Shown: piece after piece, positions 9,383-19,109 of the stretch | How positions within the stretch are numbered: position 1 is the first letter of the stretch | Layout: every line of letters starts with the position of its first letter | DNA from: an uncultured bacterium | GTDB taxonomy: Bacteria > CSSED10-310 > CAZUFC01 | Direction: 5' to 3' | NCBI GenBank assembly: GCA_964619725.1 | Contig: CAZUFC010000019.1 | Span: 19,696-83,695, forward strand | DNA: 64,000 nucleotides | Translations under genes and position numbers: made by a program | The notes under the pieces: generated by a model | Told to the model about the DNA's origin: nothing | Databases searched by the model: none | What the model saw: only the letters and a program-made list of their open reading frames with translations

Positions 9383-12300
9383 TTTTTTTCTTAAGCATCA
9401 TGGAGTAGGCGACGGGTATTACGAACAGGGTGAAAACAGCGGAAGCAGTGAGACCGCCTATAATGGGCAGAGCTATGGGGGCGCGTAGCTCCCCGCCCTG
9501 ACCGAGACCGAGCGACATGGGAAGGAGTGCAAGTATTGTGGTGGCTGTAGTCATAAGGACGGGTCTGAGTCTTTCGGCGGCGGCTTCTATGCCCCTGTGG
9601 TCCCAGGACGTTCCGGTGTTTTTATTCAGATTATCGAGCAGAACGATGGCGTTATTGACGACGATGCCCAGAAGGACTATGGAGCCGATTAGGGTAAGAA
9701 TGTTTATTGACGAGCCGGATATCAGCAGAAGGGGAATAATGCCGATGCCTGCAGGCGGAATGGACAGCAGCATAATGAACGGCAACTTGAAAGATTCGAA
9801 AAGAGCGGCCAGAGTCATATAGACCAGCATGAGGGAGAGTATGCCGGCGTATAGCAGGTTTTTAAAGGAATTGCGCATTTGCTCGCCTTCGCCTCGAATG
9901 ACGGCTGCACTTTCCGGCGGACGAGGCATATCACTTAGTGTTCGTTCGACGAGATTTATCGCCTTATCGAGCGACAGAGCCGTTTCTGCGGTGATTTCTT
10001 CGATACGTTTGCCGTCGCGTCGAACGATTGCTGTTTTTCTTTCGACCATGTTGATGTCGGCAATATGTTTGAGCTTGACGTGAACGCCTTGCTTCAGAGT
10101 CACCGGCGCTTCCCTGAGTCCTTGGATGTCGTAAAGGTTTGTTGAAGAGAGAACAAGTGAGATGTCCAACGGCTTTTCGTCAAGGAAAAGTGTTTGGACT
10201 TTCACGGGTTCCACGATTCCGGTCAGCGAATCCAGCGCTTCTTCATATTCAAGCGCCCATCTGGATTGAGCATCCTGACGAAGATTCAATTCGATGAATG
10301 GGCTCATGTCGGACTGGGAGCTCGATACATTCAAAAACTGCCCCGTCGCCTTCAATTCGTTCTCAAGGCGTATCGCCCAGTCGCTCAAAGCTTCAAGATT
10401 CTCTCCCCTCAGTTCAACGGCAACGGATGCGGCCTGTTCACCGGGCAGGAAGGGCAGAATTTCCGATTTTTGGTATATTTTAAACTGAGAGCCGGGAATC
10501 AGAGCTGCCGTATTTTTCAGACGATTCGTCAGGCTGCGTATTTTTTCACCTCCGGCCGGTTTAAGCTGCACCAGCAAAACAGCCTGTCGACCGCCGCTGG
10601 TTGTCTCTTGAGACTGAACCATTCCGCCGGGCATATCGCCTATCAGGGTCGTATATGCTTCAACGCCAGGGTCGCCGGATACGATTTTTTCCAGCGGATC
10701 GACCGCCCGGTTTGTGGAGTCGATATTCGTGCCTGGAGGCATGTTCAGAACGGCGGAGAACCTGGTCAGTGCGCAGTCGGGTATGAATTCTTTGCGGAGC
10801 AGGGGAAACATTGCGACGGCAAGAAGTATGGCGGCAATTGAAAATAGAATTACAGAACGGGGATGCCGTATGCAGAAGAGCAATGATTTTTCATAATTCC
10901 GGCGCAAGGGGCCATGTTTCTGTTTGAGCGAAGCGTAACCAACGGTAGAAATAATCTTGTAAGCTGCCGTGGGGATAAGTATCAGGGAAACGAGCAGGGA
11001 GATGGCCAGGGAAAAGGATACGGTGAGCGCCTGATGTCCGAAGAAGCGGGCAGCAGGGCCGCTGATGTATATAATGGGCAGGAAGATAATAAGAGTGGTG
11101 ACGGTAGAGGCTATAATGGGCACGGCGACTTTTCCTGTTCCTGCGATGTGAGGTTGTTTCAGTTTCTTTTCCCGTGAGCTCTGGATGCTTTCCATAACCA
11201 CGATAGCGTTGTCCACGAGCATGCCGGCGCCTAAAGCCAGGCCGCCCAGTGTCATCAGATTGAGGGTCAATCCGGTGAACCGCAGGAGGATAAAGGTGGA
11301 TATGATGGATACGGGTATGGACAGAGCAATGATGACGGTGGGCAGAAGTCCTCGCAGGAACATCCATACGACTGCAGCAGCCAGCAGGCAGCCGATAATA
11401 GTGACCGACCGGAGCTGCTCCATGGCGGACCTTATAAAAGAAGCCCTGTTGTATACTATTGCCAGTTCGGCATCAGCAGGAATAACGCTTTTTAATTCCT
11501 CCAGGTTTGCTTTAATGACTTTTTCAACCTGAAGAGCATTGGCTGAGGCGGTCCTGTCCACGGCGAGAATGACTGCGGGCCGGCCGTCAGAGCGACAAAT
11601 GGCTGCCGGTTTTTTGTATTCTCTGGTGATTTCGCCGATTTCCTTAAGATACAGCGGTTTTCTGTTCGAGCCGAACGTCACGGGGATATTTTTAATTCCT
11701 TCAATACTGTGTTCCGTAAGCCGGAGTCTTAAGGGCAGCCTAGTGTCCTCAATATCGAAAGAACCTGCTGGAATATCGTTTTTGAATAGTTTGAGGGCTT
11801 TCGTAACGTCGCTCATTTTTAAATGGAACTCTTCCAGTTTATAAGGATCGATGCGAATAAGAATTTCTTCTTCAATTCCACCCAGCACATTAACTGCCGC
11901 CACGCCGCCTAAACTCATTAGGGACGGAACCATAACCTCTTGAGCAATATAGGTCAACGTTGCCGGTTCAGGTCCCGTCAAGGCGATGTAAAGCACGGGC
12001 AGGCTGTTGGCCTGATGTTGATGTATCTGCATTTTTGAAAAAAGTGCGGGATAGGCATCGCTGATGCTTTTTACGACGTCGAGCATAGCTGCATCGGTAT
12101 TTTTGCCTTCTCGCATTTTAAGTATGACGGTCGCCCGGTCCATTCTGCATATGGAGCGAACTTCTGTGACGCCCTGGATACGGGAGCAAGCTGCTTCTAT
12201 CGGCCGTATGCTCTCCTCGACCTGTTCCGGCGTCTGGCCCTGGAAGTCGAACATGAGGGTCAATTCAGGGAGCTGTATTTCCGGCAGCAGTTCCACGGGA

Positions 12301-12395
12301 ATCTGTCGCCAGGCGGCGATACCCGCCAGCATCAATCCGGCGAAAACCATAAAAACGGTTACCGGCCTTTTGTATATGAAGCTCCAATGGCTCAT
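9375..12395 (-). CDS. AcrB/AcrD/AcrF family RND permease
   Basis: RPV N-terminus, IPVELLP, GMLVDNAIVV, LAALFES, GIVVNNAIVL, RLRPVLMTT; 1006 aa. Confidence 0.93.
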   Translation of the reverse strand: MSHWSFIYKRPVTVFMVFAGLMLAGIAAWRQIPVELLPEIQLPELTLMFDFQGQTPEQVEESIRPIEAACSRIQGVTEVRSICRMDRATVILKMREGKNTDAAMLDVVKSISDAYPALFSKMQIHQHQANSLPVLYIALTGPEPATLTYIAQEVMVPSLMSLGGVAAVNVLGGIEEEILIRIDPYKLEEFHLKMSDVTKALKLFKNDIPAGSFDIEDTRLPLRLRLTEHSIEGIKNIPVTFGSNRKPLYLKEIGEITREYKKPAAICRSDGRPAVILAVDRTASANALQVEKVIKANLEELKSVIPADAELAIVYNRASFIRSAMEQLRSVTIIGCLLAAAVVWMFLRGLLPTVIIALSIPVSIISTFILLRFTGLTLNLMTLGGLALGAGMLVDNAIVVMESIQSSREKKLKQPHIAGTGKVAVPIIASTVTTLIIFLPIIYISGPAARFFGHQALTVSFSLAISLLVSLILIPTAAYKIISTVGYASLKQKHGPLRRNYEKSLLFCIRHPRSVILFSIAAILLAVAMFPLLRKEFIPDCALTRFSAVLNMPPGTNIDSTNRAVDPLEKIVSGDPGVEAYTTLIGDMPGGMVQSQETTSGGRQAVLLVQLKPAGGEKIRSLTNRLKNTAALIPGSQFKIYQKSEILPFLPGEQAASVAVELRGENLEALSDWAIRLENELKATGQFLNVSSSQSDMSPFIELNLRQDAQSRWALEYEEALDSLTGIVEPVKVQTLFLDEKPLDISLVLSSTNLYDIQGLREAPVTLKQGVHVKLKHIADINMVERKTAIVRRDGKRIEEITAETALSLDKAINLVERTLSDMPRPPESAAVIRGEGEQMRNSFKNLLYAGILSLMLVYMTLAALFESFKLPFIMLLSIPPAGIGIIPLLLISGSSINILTLIGSIVLLGIVVNNAIVLLDNLNKNTGTSWDHRGIEAAAERLRPVLMTTATTILALLPMSLGLGQGGELRAPIALPIIGGLTASAVFTLFVIPVAYSMMLKKKND

Positions 12396-13462
12396 TGTTC
12401 GATGACCTTGACGGGCGAATGATTTTCCAGCGACTGGACGGACGAGACGATAAGCGTTTCCCCTGTTTTCAAGCCTGCCGCCGCTTCGATTTGATCCTTA
12501 TTTTCGTAACCCGTCTGTATTTCTCTGAGCTTGGCCACGGGATGCTCCAGGTATGATTCTTCAACGACGAATACATAAGTTTTGTCGTCGATCTCCCTTA
12601 CCGCTCTCCGGGGAACCGTTATGATTCCGCTTAGCTGCTTTACTATAATGGATGCTCTGGCGAAAACCCCCGACATAATTTCCTGTCCTAGAGGCTGCGT
12701 TTTAATTTTTATTTTTACTGTCCTGTCCCGGTCATCCACGGTCATACCCACTTCATCAACCTCGCCCATCAGGATTTTCCCGGGAGGCGATTCAAGCTCT
12801 ATTTCCACAGCCTGGCCCGGCTGAACGCTTGCAACGTCATCCAGCGGAATAGATGTTTTCATCACATATTCATCTCTGTCTTCAATTCTTGCGATTTCAA
12901 CGCCTTTTTCAATCCGTGCTCCGGGAATAAAGTCGCCTATGTTGGTAATAACGCCGTCAAAAGGACTGACCAGTTTCGATTTCTGAAGCTCAAGCTTCGA
13001 TAAATCGTAATCGATCCTGGCCAGTTGATAATCATATTCCGCCTGCTCCAATTCAGACCTGGGTATTATACGGCTTTGACTCGCCTCCAGTTTAAGCTCG
13101 TAATCCTTCTTCTTGCGTTTGTAATCCAATTCCGCATATTGAGCCTTCAGGCGTTTCGTTTCATTGTCCACCGTAGCTATAACCTGGTTTTTACTCACGG
13201 GCATGCCGATTTTCATACCTTCCAGGACTGTTTCCAGACGCCCCTCGAAAGGCGTCTTTATAACAGCATTTTTACATGATTCCAGGTTGCCGCTGCATTC
13301 CACACGGATGTCCATGCCACTCAGCTCAGTCTGAGAAGTCAAGACAGGATATAACATATACGATGCCCTGGCCTGTTTATAATCGCTGTCGCCGGAGTAA
13401 CCGCAGGCTGTGAGTAAACTAAGGAGACCCAGTAAAATTACGTTGCACTTTTTTTTGATCAT
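12392..13462 (-). CDS. RND periplasmic adaptor (membrane fusion protein), lipoprotein
   Basis: Lipobox LTAC; lipoyl/hairpin motifs (SPFDGVI, ITVPRRAV, GLKTGE); directly upstream of the RND genes. Confidence 0.88.
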   Translation of the reverse strand: MIKKKCNVILLGLLSLLTACGYSGDSDYKQARASYMLYPVLTSQTELSGMDIRVECSGNLESCKNAVIKTPFEGRLETVLEGMKIGMPVSKNQVIATVDNETKRLKAQYAELDYKRKKKDYELKLEASQSRIIPRSELEQAEYDYQLARIDYDLSKLELQKSKLVSPFDGVITNIGDFIPGARIEKGVEIARIEDRDEYVMKTSIPLDDVASVQPGQAVEIELESPPGKILMGEVDEVGMTVDDRDRTVKIKIKTQPLGQEIMSGVFARASIIVKQLSGIITVPRRAVREIDDKTYVFVVEESYLEHPVAKLREIQTGYENKDQIEAAAGLKTGETLIVSSVQSLENHSPVKVIEQ

Positions 13463-13469
13463 AATGCAA

Positions 13470-14216
13470 TCACCTTTGAAGTAAATATTTTTCCGTATTT
13501 TGTAATCTTATAATCGTCAAAAGCATGAGTGCTGCTGCTGCGCCCATCAGGACGAGCCTGTTTTGGAGGACTATAATGGTCCAGTTAAAAGGCATTCTGA
13601 AAGAACGGGGCAGAACAGCCCAGAAAAAGGGGTCGGCGTTATCTGTAAATTTTGAGCATATTGTCAGGCATATAGCAGCAGCGAACAGCGTTTTCGTTCC
13701 GCTGCGGAAGATGCTGCCCAGGAACAGGCATACTGTTTGAATAAAAAAGAGAGGGGGCAGAACATGCACCCAGAACTTCGGCAAATCCAGAAGAATTTCC
13801 TCCAGTTCCGAATGTCGAAAAGTAGATGTGGGGGACAACAGAGCGGCTGCTTTCATTATAAGAAGATGTCCCGGTACGATGCTTAAAGCGATGACTGCTG
13901 CGATCGCGGCCAGGAACAAAAACAATGCGATTGATTTGGACAGAATTACACCGGAGAAACCCCTGTCGGATGTGAATATAAATTCATGGGTCTGGTTGCG
14001 AAATTCCGAAGCGATCAAATTGGAGCTGAGGAGGAGAGTGATGACGCCTAGAGTAAGAGCATAAAGAATGAATATCGTTTCAAATAGATTCAGGGAGCTC
14101 AGGAGGACCAAAGCCAGGATGAACCAGTCGCTGTTTTTTCCCATACATTGTCTGGCGACGTATCTTCCGTAACGCAGAAAAAGGGCGAATTTATGAATAA
14201 TGCGGGAAATGTTCAT
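13470..14216 (-). CDS. ABC-2 type transporter permease
   Basis: About 6 hydrophobic segments and 'IASEFRNQTHEFIFT' (E-xx-xG/T ABC-2 loop); overlaps the ABC ATPase stop. Confidence 0.65.
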   Translation of the reverse strand: MNISRIIHKFALFLRYGRYVARQCMGKNSDWFILALVLLSSLNLFETIFILYALTLGVITLLLSSNLIASEFRNQTHEFIFTSDRGFSGVILSKSIALFLFLAAIAAVIALSIVPGHLLIMKAAALLSPTSTFRHSELEEILLDLPKFWVHVLPPLFFIQTVCLFLGSIFRSGTKTLFAAAICLTICSKFTDNADPFFWAVLPRSFRMPFNWTIIVLQNRLVLMGAAAALMLLTIIRLQNTEKYLLQR

Positions 14217-15127
14217 AAGCTTTTTTCGATGCTGCGCCTCCGCAGCCAGGCTATATAAACGTCTTCAAAAATGGGAAGGGTTTTTTCGTATCCCGGCGGT
14301 TGACTCAGCGACAATTTTTTAAAGATACGGTATGGGCCGTCCTGTCTGATGGAAATGATCCGTTCATCGGTGGTTTCCGTGGCGTCGTCGCGGATACTGC
14401 CTTTCTCCCAGATAAAAGGCATCATTTCCTGGAAAAGGTCAGCCGGCGTTCCCAGGAATCCTATTCTTCCCTTCTCCATAATTGCGAGCTTGTTGCAGGT
14501 TATTTCAATATCCTCGACAATATGAGTCGACAGTATGATCAAGCGGTCTCCGGGCAGGTCCGATAAAATATTGCGGAAGGAAATGCGCTCTTCAGGGTCC
14601 AGTCCGGCGGTGGGTTCATCGACAATCAGAAAAACAGGATCGTTCAGGAGGGCCTGAGCGATACCCAGCCGCCTTTTCATCCCCCCGGAATAGGACGTCA
14701 AAGCTGTGTTGCGGTATTCCCACAGTCCTACCAGCTCCAGCAGCTTGCGGGACCGTTTTTTTATGATGTGATGGTAATCCGAATAAAAGTGTGCCATAAA
14801 ATTGAGGAATTCCAGGGCATTGATGCGGGGCGGTACGCCGAAAGTCTGGGGGAGGTAACCGATTTTTGACAGGACAGCACGCCTTTTTTTGGGATGAAAC
14901 ATATCAGAATCGCCGATAGTCACCTGGCCTGCATCGGGAAAGGAAAGCCCGGTCAGAATGCGGATGAACGTCGTTTTGCCGGCCCCGTTAGGTCCCAGCA
15001 ATCCCAGAATGCCTTCCTCGATTTCCAGATTCAATCCGCATAATGCATTCACCTCACCAAAACTTTTGTGGATATTTTCCGCTTTAATTTTCAAAGCCGG
15101 TTCTCCTTTTACCGGAATCGCCGTCAA
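14213..15127 (-). CDS. ABC transporter ATP-binding protein
   Basis: GPNGAGKTT, YSGGMKRRLGIA, LIVDEPTAGLDP, STH. Confidence 0.95.
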   Translation of the reverse strand: MTAIPVKGEPALKIKAENIHKSFGEVNALCGLNLEIEEGILGLLGPNGAGKTTFIRILTGLSFPDAGQVTIGDSDMFHPKKRRAVLSKIGYLPQTFGVPPRINALEFLNFMAHFYSDYHHIIKKRSRKLLELVGLWEYRNTALTSYSGGMKRRLGIAQALLNDPVFLIVDEPTAGLDPEERISFRNILSDLPGDRLIILSTHIVEDIEITCNKLAIMEKGRIGFLGTPADLFQEMMPFIWEKGSIRDDATETTDERIISIRQDGPYRIFKKLSLSQPPGYEKTLPIFEDVYIAWLRRRSIEKSL

Positions 15128-15243
15128 TGTGAGATTTTTTATGGCTTTCCAGCGGTTCCGGCTGTCCCGATTTAACGCTTTTTCTCATGCTGCTTTTTTT
15201 TCCATGCGAAAGTTCAACAAACTTATGTTTAATCCGAGGATTT

Positions 15244-17970
15244 TCAATCAGTCAACTCCACATTAGCCGTAAAATAATGGGAAAAATTCATGGTCCTGTT
15301 TTTTGGGTCCAGAGTAACGGTTTTGGGTTTGGAGCGTGTTTTCAATTCGAGTTGGAGAATTTGATCCTGGGGTAGTGCGACGTTGACGGTTTTTTTCTCA
15401 CTCAAGCTTTCCAGCGTCAAAGGAACCGGAGATTTAAAGTCTCCTTCATTTTTCACCGTAATGTGGGTAATATATCCGTCGAGGGTCTTTTCAGCACGGC
15501 ATTTTTTAACGGCGTAAGAAAGCGAGCCTGCCTGGGTCAGGAACATCGCCACGGCATCATGCACGACGGGATCATCTGCCTGCTTCTTGAGGTATTCAAT
15601 GAAATCCCAGATTTCTGCGGACTGATACAAGTATTTTTTCCAGAAGGCTTGTATCAGTTCGATATAGCGGTCTCTGCCGATGAGATAGTCCATAGTCGCG
15701 TGAAACTGGACGCATTTTTTCTGATATATGCCCAGCATATCGGGATTCTGTGAATCGAACTCAGTGAGTATCATGGAATTCCAGATGGTCATTTCACTTT
15801 CTCTTTTATATGTGAAGTAGAATCCGAGTGAAGAAGTAAGGGAGTTCATGTATCGAATGAGCGCTCTTGTGAGTATCTCCTGAGCTGGACCTGTAATTCT
15901 GACGTTATGGTACCATGCGGTATTGAGTATGGGTCGGACGATAAAATCATAAGCCCAGTCTGTTTTTTTGCCGCTGTAAACAGACTTGTCCCAGTTCATG
16001 CGGAAGGAAGTTTCGGAGAGCGTAATCGGCGGAGTTTTTCTGTATGTAAGCATTCCATTCCATTCTATTATCATCGCTGCATCCAGGTTGGGCGGACCGG
16101 GTAAGACTTCATCCGGTTTGTATTGAGGTCCCAGGTGATCATTAATGCGTTGCAGCCGGTCACGGTGTTCCGGCAGATGGAGCATAAGAACGGGTAAGGC
16201 GCCGAGCATGAAACGGGTTTCCTCGAATGGTCCCCAGACGAGATATATTTCCCGAATTGGACGAGTCGTTTTCCAAGTTATGAAATCAGAATGGGATTCA
16301 AGTTCCGACTTTTCTCCGACAGTCCAATAGGGAATATCGCAACGGGGAACATGAATTGCGGCCTGAAAGAAACCCGGATGATGCCGGCTGAGTTTGTGGT
16401 CTTCGAAATCGTATGCCGGAATGGGATACCAGTTGTCTTCCAATAACAAGAATCCGCGTTCGGTGAAAGCGTCATAACGGGCCCCCCTGTCGGGCTCGTA
16501 ATAATTGAATTCAAAAAGCTGAGCTCTTGTGATTATTTTTTTTCCGAGCGAACCCAGGAAAGAATTGAGATTCTCATATTTAAAATTCAGCTCAGCTCCC
16601 GCAGGAATTATTCCTGTCCAGGCATCAGAATAATGTAGTTTTATAATGGTTGAATCGCCCGGCGGCAGGGGGGATTCCGGTTTTATTTTCAGGAGGGAAT
16701 GCATCCTGAAGAAGGAGAGAGCAACGTTGGAGCTGTTGTCGGTGATTTTTTGGATGAAGTATCGGGGATTCAGCATGAGGTCGATGGACTTCAGATTTTG
16801 ATTTCCCTGGTTTTTCAAGGTCATTTCGGCCTGGATTTGCATTTTACCCGTATGAGGTCCGACCAGTATGCGAATATCATAGCGGGATATGTGCAGATGC
16901 TGATAATCGGCGATCATATGTGAAGCCGACAGCCTTTCCAGCTCCTCCGTATTTTTCAATTGAGCGACGGCATCCTGTCGAAGCCATAATTCCCGGAAGA
17001 TCAGTATAGCCAGGGTAAGGAAAAGGAGGAAAAGAGACAACCTCAGCGGGCGTTTGGGTTTTATTTTTTTGAGTTTCGGTTTTCCAGGTTTGAAAAGAGT
17101 GAGCAGTGACCGGAACTTTGAGGCGACGTCTTCGATGAGGTCTTTTTTATGGCGAAAAAGCAGGGATGATTTATTTTGAATAGTTATAAACAGGAATAAT
17201 GGGATGAGAAAAACCTGCGCCAACCTTCTGTATATAAAAGGAGCTATACCGGCGGGAAAGCCGAGGGTCTGGGTGAATTCGGTCTGAAGAAGTGTAAGTC
17301 CCATCAGATCGGAAAGAGCATAGGAGCAGGTAATCAAAAATTCTGAAATCACTAGAAAAAACATGGAGAGGACGAGGGGAATGAATGCGGACTGAAAACA
17401 TGAGCTGACGGCCAGGGCAAGAGAAACGGCAATAAAAATGGAAACCGTCGCAGATAAAAAATAAAATAAATAAAGCCAGGGAATCGGCGCTTCCGCGGCT
17501 GCGATCAATTCAGTAAAGAATCCTATAGAGCCGCTTAAGAAGAGGCCCAGGCATGCCGGCGCCGTCAGAATGAGGAATATACCCAGGGTCTGCTCCAGCG
17601 CCGAATAGGGTTTGACTCTGAGCATTTCTTCCATCTTATGCTTAATGTTTCGGTGCCAGGATTCAGGGACGGCCAGGATGGAAAGCAGCATAACCGGAAC
17701 GGAGGGACAGAGTATCGAAAGAGACGCTGCAAACCCCGACCAGCAATTTTCTCCAGTCAGGGAAGCAATACCGTAAACAGAGGCCAGTCTATAGGCTTTC
17801 GTTCCCAGATACCCCAGGTTGCGGAGATCAATCTGCAGGACCGTAAGAATGCAGATGGGCAATGTCAAAAATGATGGCAACAGCAGCAAAAACCAGAAAA
17901 GGTATCCTCTTTTCTGGTAAAGCAGTTCAAATCCGGCGAATCCGGAAATTCTTCTTAATGATTCAATCAT
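15244..17970 (-). CDS. ABC-2 permease fused to an M1 aminopeptidase-like domain lacking the zinc motif
   Basis: N-terminal TM permease; then M1-like segments (YDIRI..AEMTLKN..LNP, WYP, YLIGRDRYIELIQAFWKKY, LDP C-terminus); no HExxH anywhere. Confidence 0.65.
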   Translation of the reverse strand: MIESLRRISGFAGFELLYQKRGYLFWFLLLLPSFLTLPICILTVLQIDLRNLGYLGTKAYRLASVYGIASLTGENCWSGFAASLSILCPSVPVMLLSILAVPESWHRNIKHKMEEMLRVKPYSALEQTLGIFLILTAPACLGLFLSGSIGFFTELIAAAEAPIPWLYLFYFLSATVSIFIAVSLALAVSSCFQSAFIPLVLSMFFLVISEFLITCSYALSDLMGLTLLQTEFTQTLGFPAGIAPFIYRRLAQVFLIPLFLFITIQNKSSLLFRHKKDLIEDVASKFRSLLTLFKPGKPKLKKIKPKRPLRLSLFLLFLTLAILIFRELWLRQDAVAQLKNTEELERLSASHMIADYQHLHISRYDIRILVGPHTGKMQIQAEMTLKNQGNQNLKSIDLMLNPRYFIQKITDNSSNVALSFFRMHSLLKIKPESPLPPGDSTIIKLHYSDAWTGIIPAGAELNFKYENLNSFLGSLGKKIITRAQLFEFNYYEPDRGARYDAFTERGFLLLEDNWYPIPAYDFEDHKLSRHHPGFFQAAIHVPRCDIPYWTVGEKSELESHSDFITWKTTRPIREIYLVWGPFEETRFMLGALPVLMLHLPEHRDRLQRINDHLGPQYKPDEVLPGPPNLDAAMIIEWNGMLTYRKTPPITLSETSFRMNWDKSVYSGKKTDWAYDFIVRPILNTAWYHNVRITGPAQEILTRALIRYMNSLTSSLGFYFTYKRESEMTIWNSMILTEFDSQNPDMLGIYQKKCVQFHATMDYLIGRDRYIELIQAFWKKYLYQSAEIWDFIEYLKKQADDPVVHDAVAMFLTQAGSLSYAVKKCRAEKTLDGYITHITVKNEGDFKSPVPLTLESLSEKKTVNVALPQDQILQLELKTRSKPKTVTLDPKNRTMNFSHYFTANVELTD

Positions 17971-18670
17971 TTTTTTTCAAGGATTCGGGTTCCAATTGAG
18001 CCTGCAGGTTAAGAAGGGCGATTCGTGATGCCAGAAAATCGCCGTCGATTTTCAGCGCTTTCAAAAAGCATTCCTGAGCCTTATTATGCTGATCTTCATA
18101 CCATTCTATCAGCCCCTTCAGATGATAGGCCTGAGGAAGCTCCTTACTGACAGCGATAGAACTTTCAATATCCCTTCTCGCTCCGGCTATGTCGTTCACC
18201 TTGAGTCGTCTTCCTGCTATTTCGAGCAGGTAATGAGCCGTTTTATTCTTGAACCCGGTTTCGCGATCATTGCGGGCAACTGTGGTAAGGAGCTCAGGAA
18301 CGACTTCTGAAAGAAGTGAAATTTGATCTTCTAGTGACTGGGAACCCATTGCCTCCAATCGGGAATCCATGCATTCCGATGCGGCCCTGACCCCCAGCGA
18401 CCGAAATACCGGCAAAAAAGTCCACCAGCCTGGAGCGTCCGATCTCATTAATTTAAAATATATCCTGTCTGCGCCGGCCCTGTCGCCGCGTTGAACCAGT
18501 TTATGCGCTTTTTTAAGCTCCCCGGAAGGCATACAACCTCCGGCGAAAATCACGATTATTACGATCAAGGCTGATAAATCGAACTTCGGGACCGCTAGGC
18601 TGCGTCTTCTTTCCACCCTCCGTGTTCGTATGACTGATGCCCTTGAATTCATGACCCCATTACTCTCCAA
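17963..18670 (-). CDS. TPR-containing putative lipoprotein (true start possibly downstream)
   Basis: Hydrophobic stretch ending FAGGC; C-terminal TPRs (AYHLKGLIEW..AQECFLKALKID). Confidence 0.65.
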   Translation of the reverse strand: MESNGVMNSRASVIRTRRVERRRSLAVPKFDLSALIVIIVIFAGGCMPSGELKKAHKLVQRGDRAGADRIYFKLMRSDAPGWWTFLPVFRSLGVRAASECMDSRLEAMGSQSLEDQISLLSEVVPELLTTVARNDRETGFKNKTAHYLLEIAGRRLKVNDIAGARRDIESSIAVSKELPQAYHLKGLIEWYEDQHNKAQECFLKALKIDGDFLASRIALLNLQAQLEPESLKKND

Positions 18671-18929
18671 ATGTCCTCTTGGCTTTCATCCATCTATATT
18701 CCTTGATCGACCGGCGGCTTTCGTCGAACAATTCATGCTTATTTCTCATACCATGCCGTTAACTCTGAATTGCAGCTCTGACGTTCGAGCAACCCTAAAA
18801 AACCGAATTTACGCGTCACCGTTTGCTGGGAATAAAAAAAAATTGCCCGGATTTGAATCTTTGATTGAAAGAAAAATACCTCGTTTCCATTGCTCTGGCT
18901 CAATCTGCCGAAACTTGAAAATCATTTAA

Positions 18930-18958
18930 AATATAGGAACAAATAATCAAAAAGTCAA
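18930..18958 (-). promoter_or_regulatory. Sigma70-type promoter for the RND/ABC operon
   Basis: Minus strand TTGACT-N17-TATATT. Confidence 0.55.
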
Positions 18959-18982
18959 AGAGTGTTGTAGGCGTGAAAAGGT

Positions 18983-19011
18983 TTGACTTTTTTTTATCAG
19001 GGATATAAATT
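18983..19011 (+). promoter_or_regulatory. Sigma70-type promoter for the 19110 gene (divergent)
   Basis: TTGACT-N17-TAAATT. Confidence 0.45.
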
Positions 19012-19109
19012 GAAAATATATTCTCCTTTACGGAAATTGGGCTAGTTGAGGAAATCAGCGATCAGAACATGAATTCGATATTTTTTTTGATTATTTAAGG
19101 ATTGAAAAG

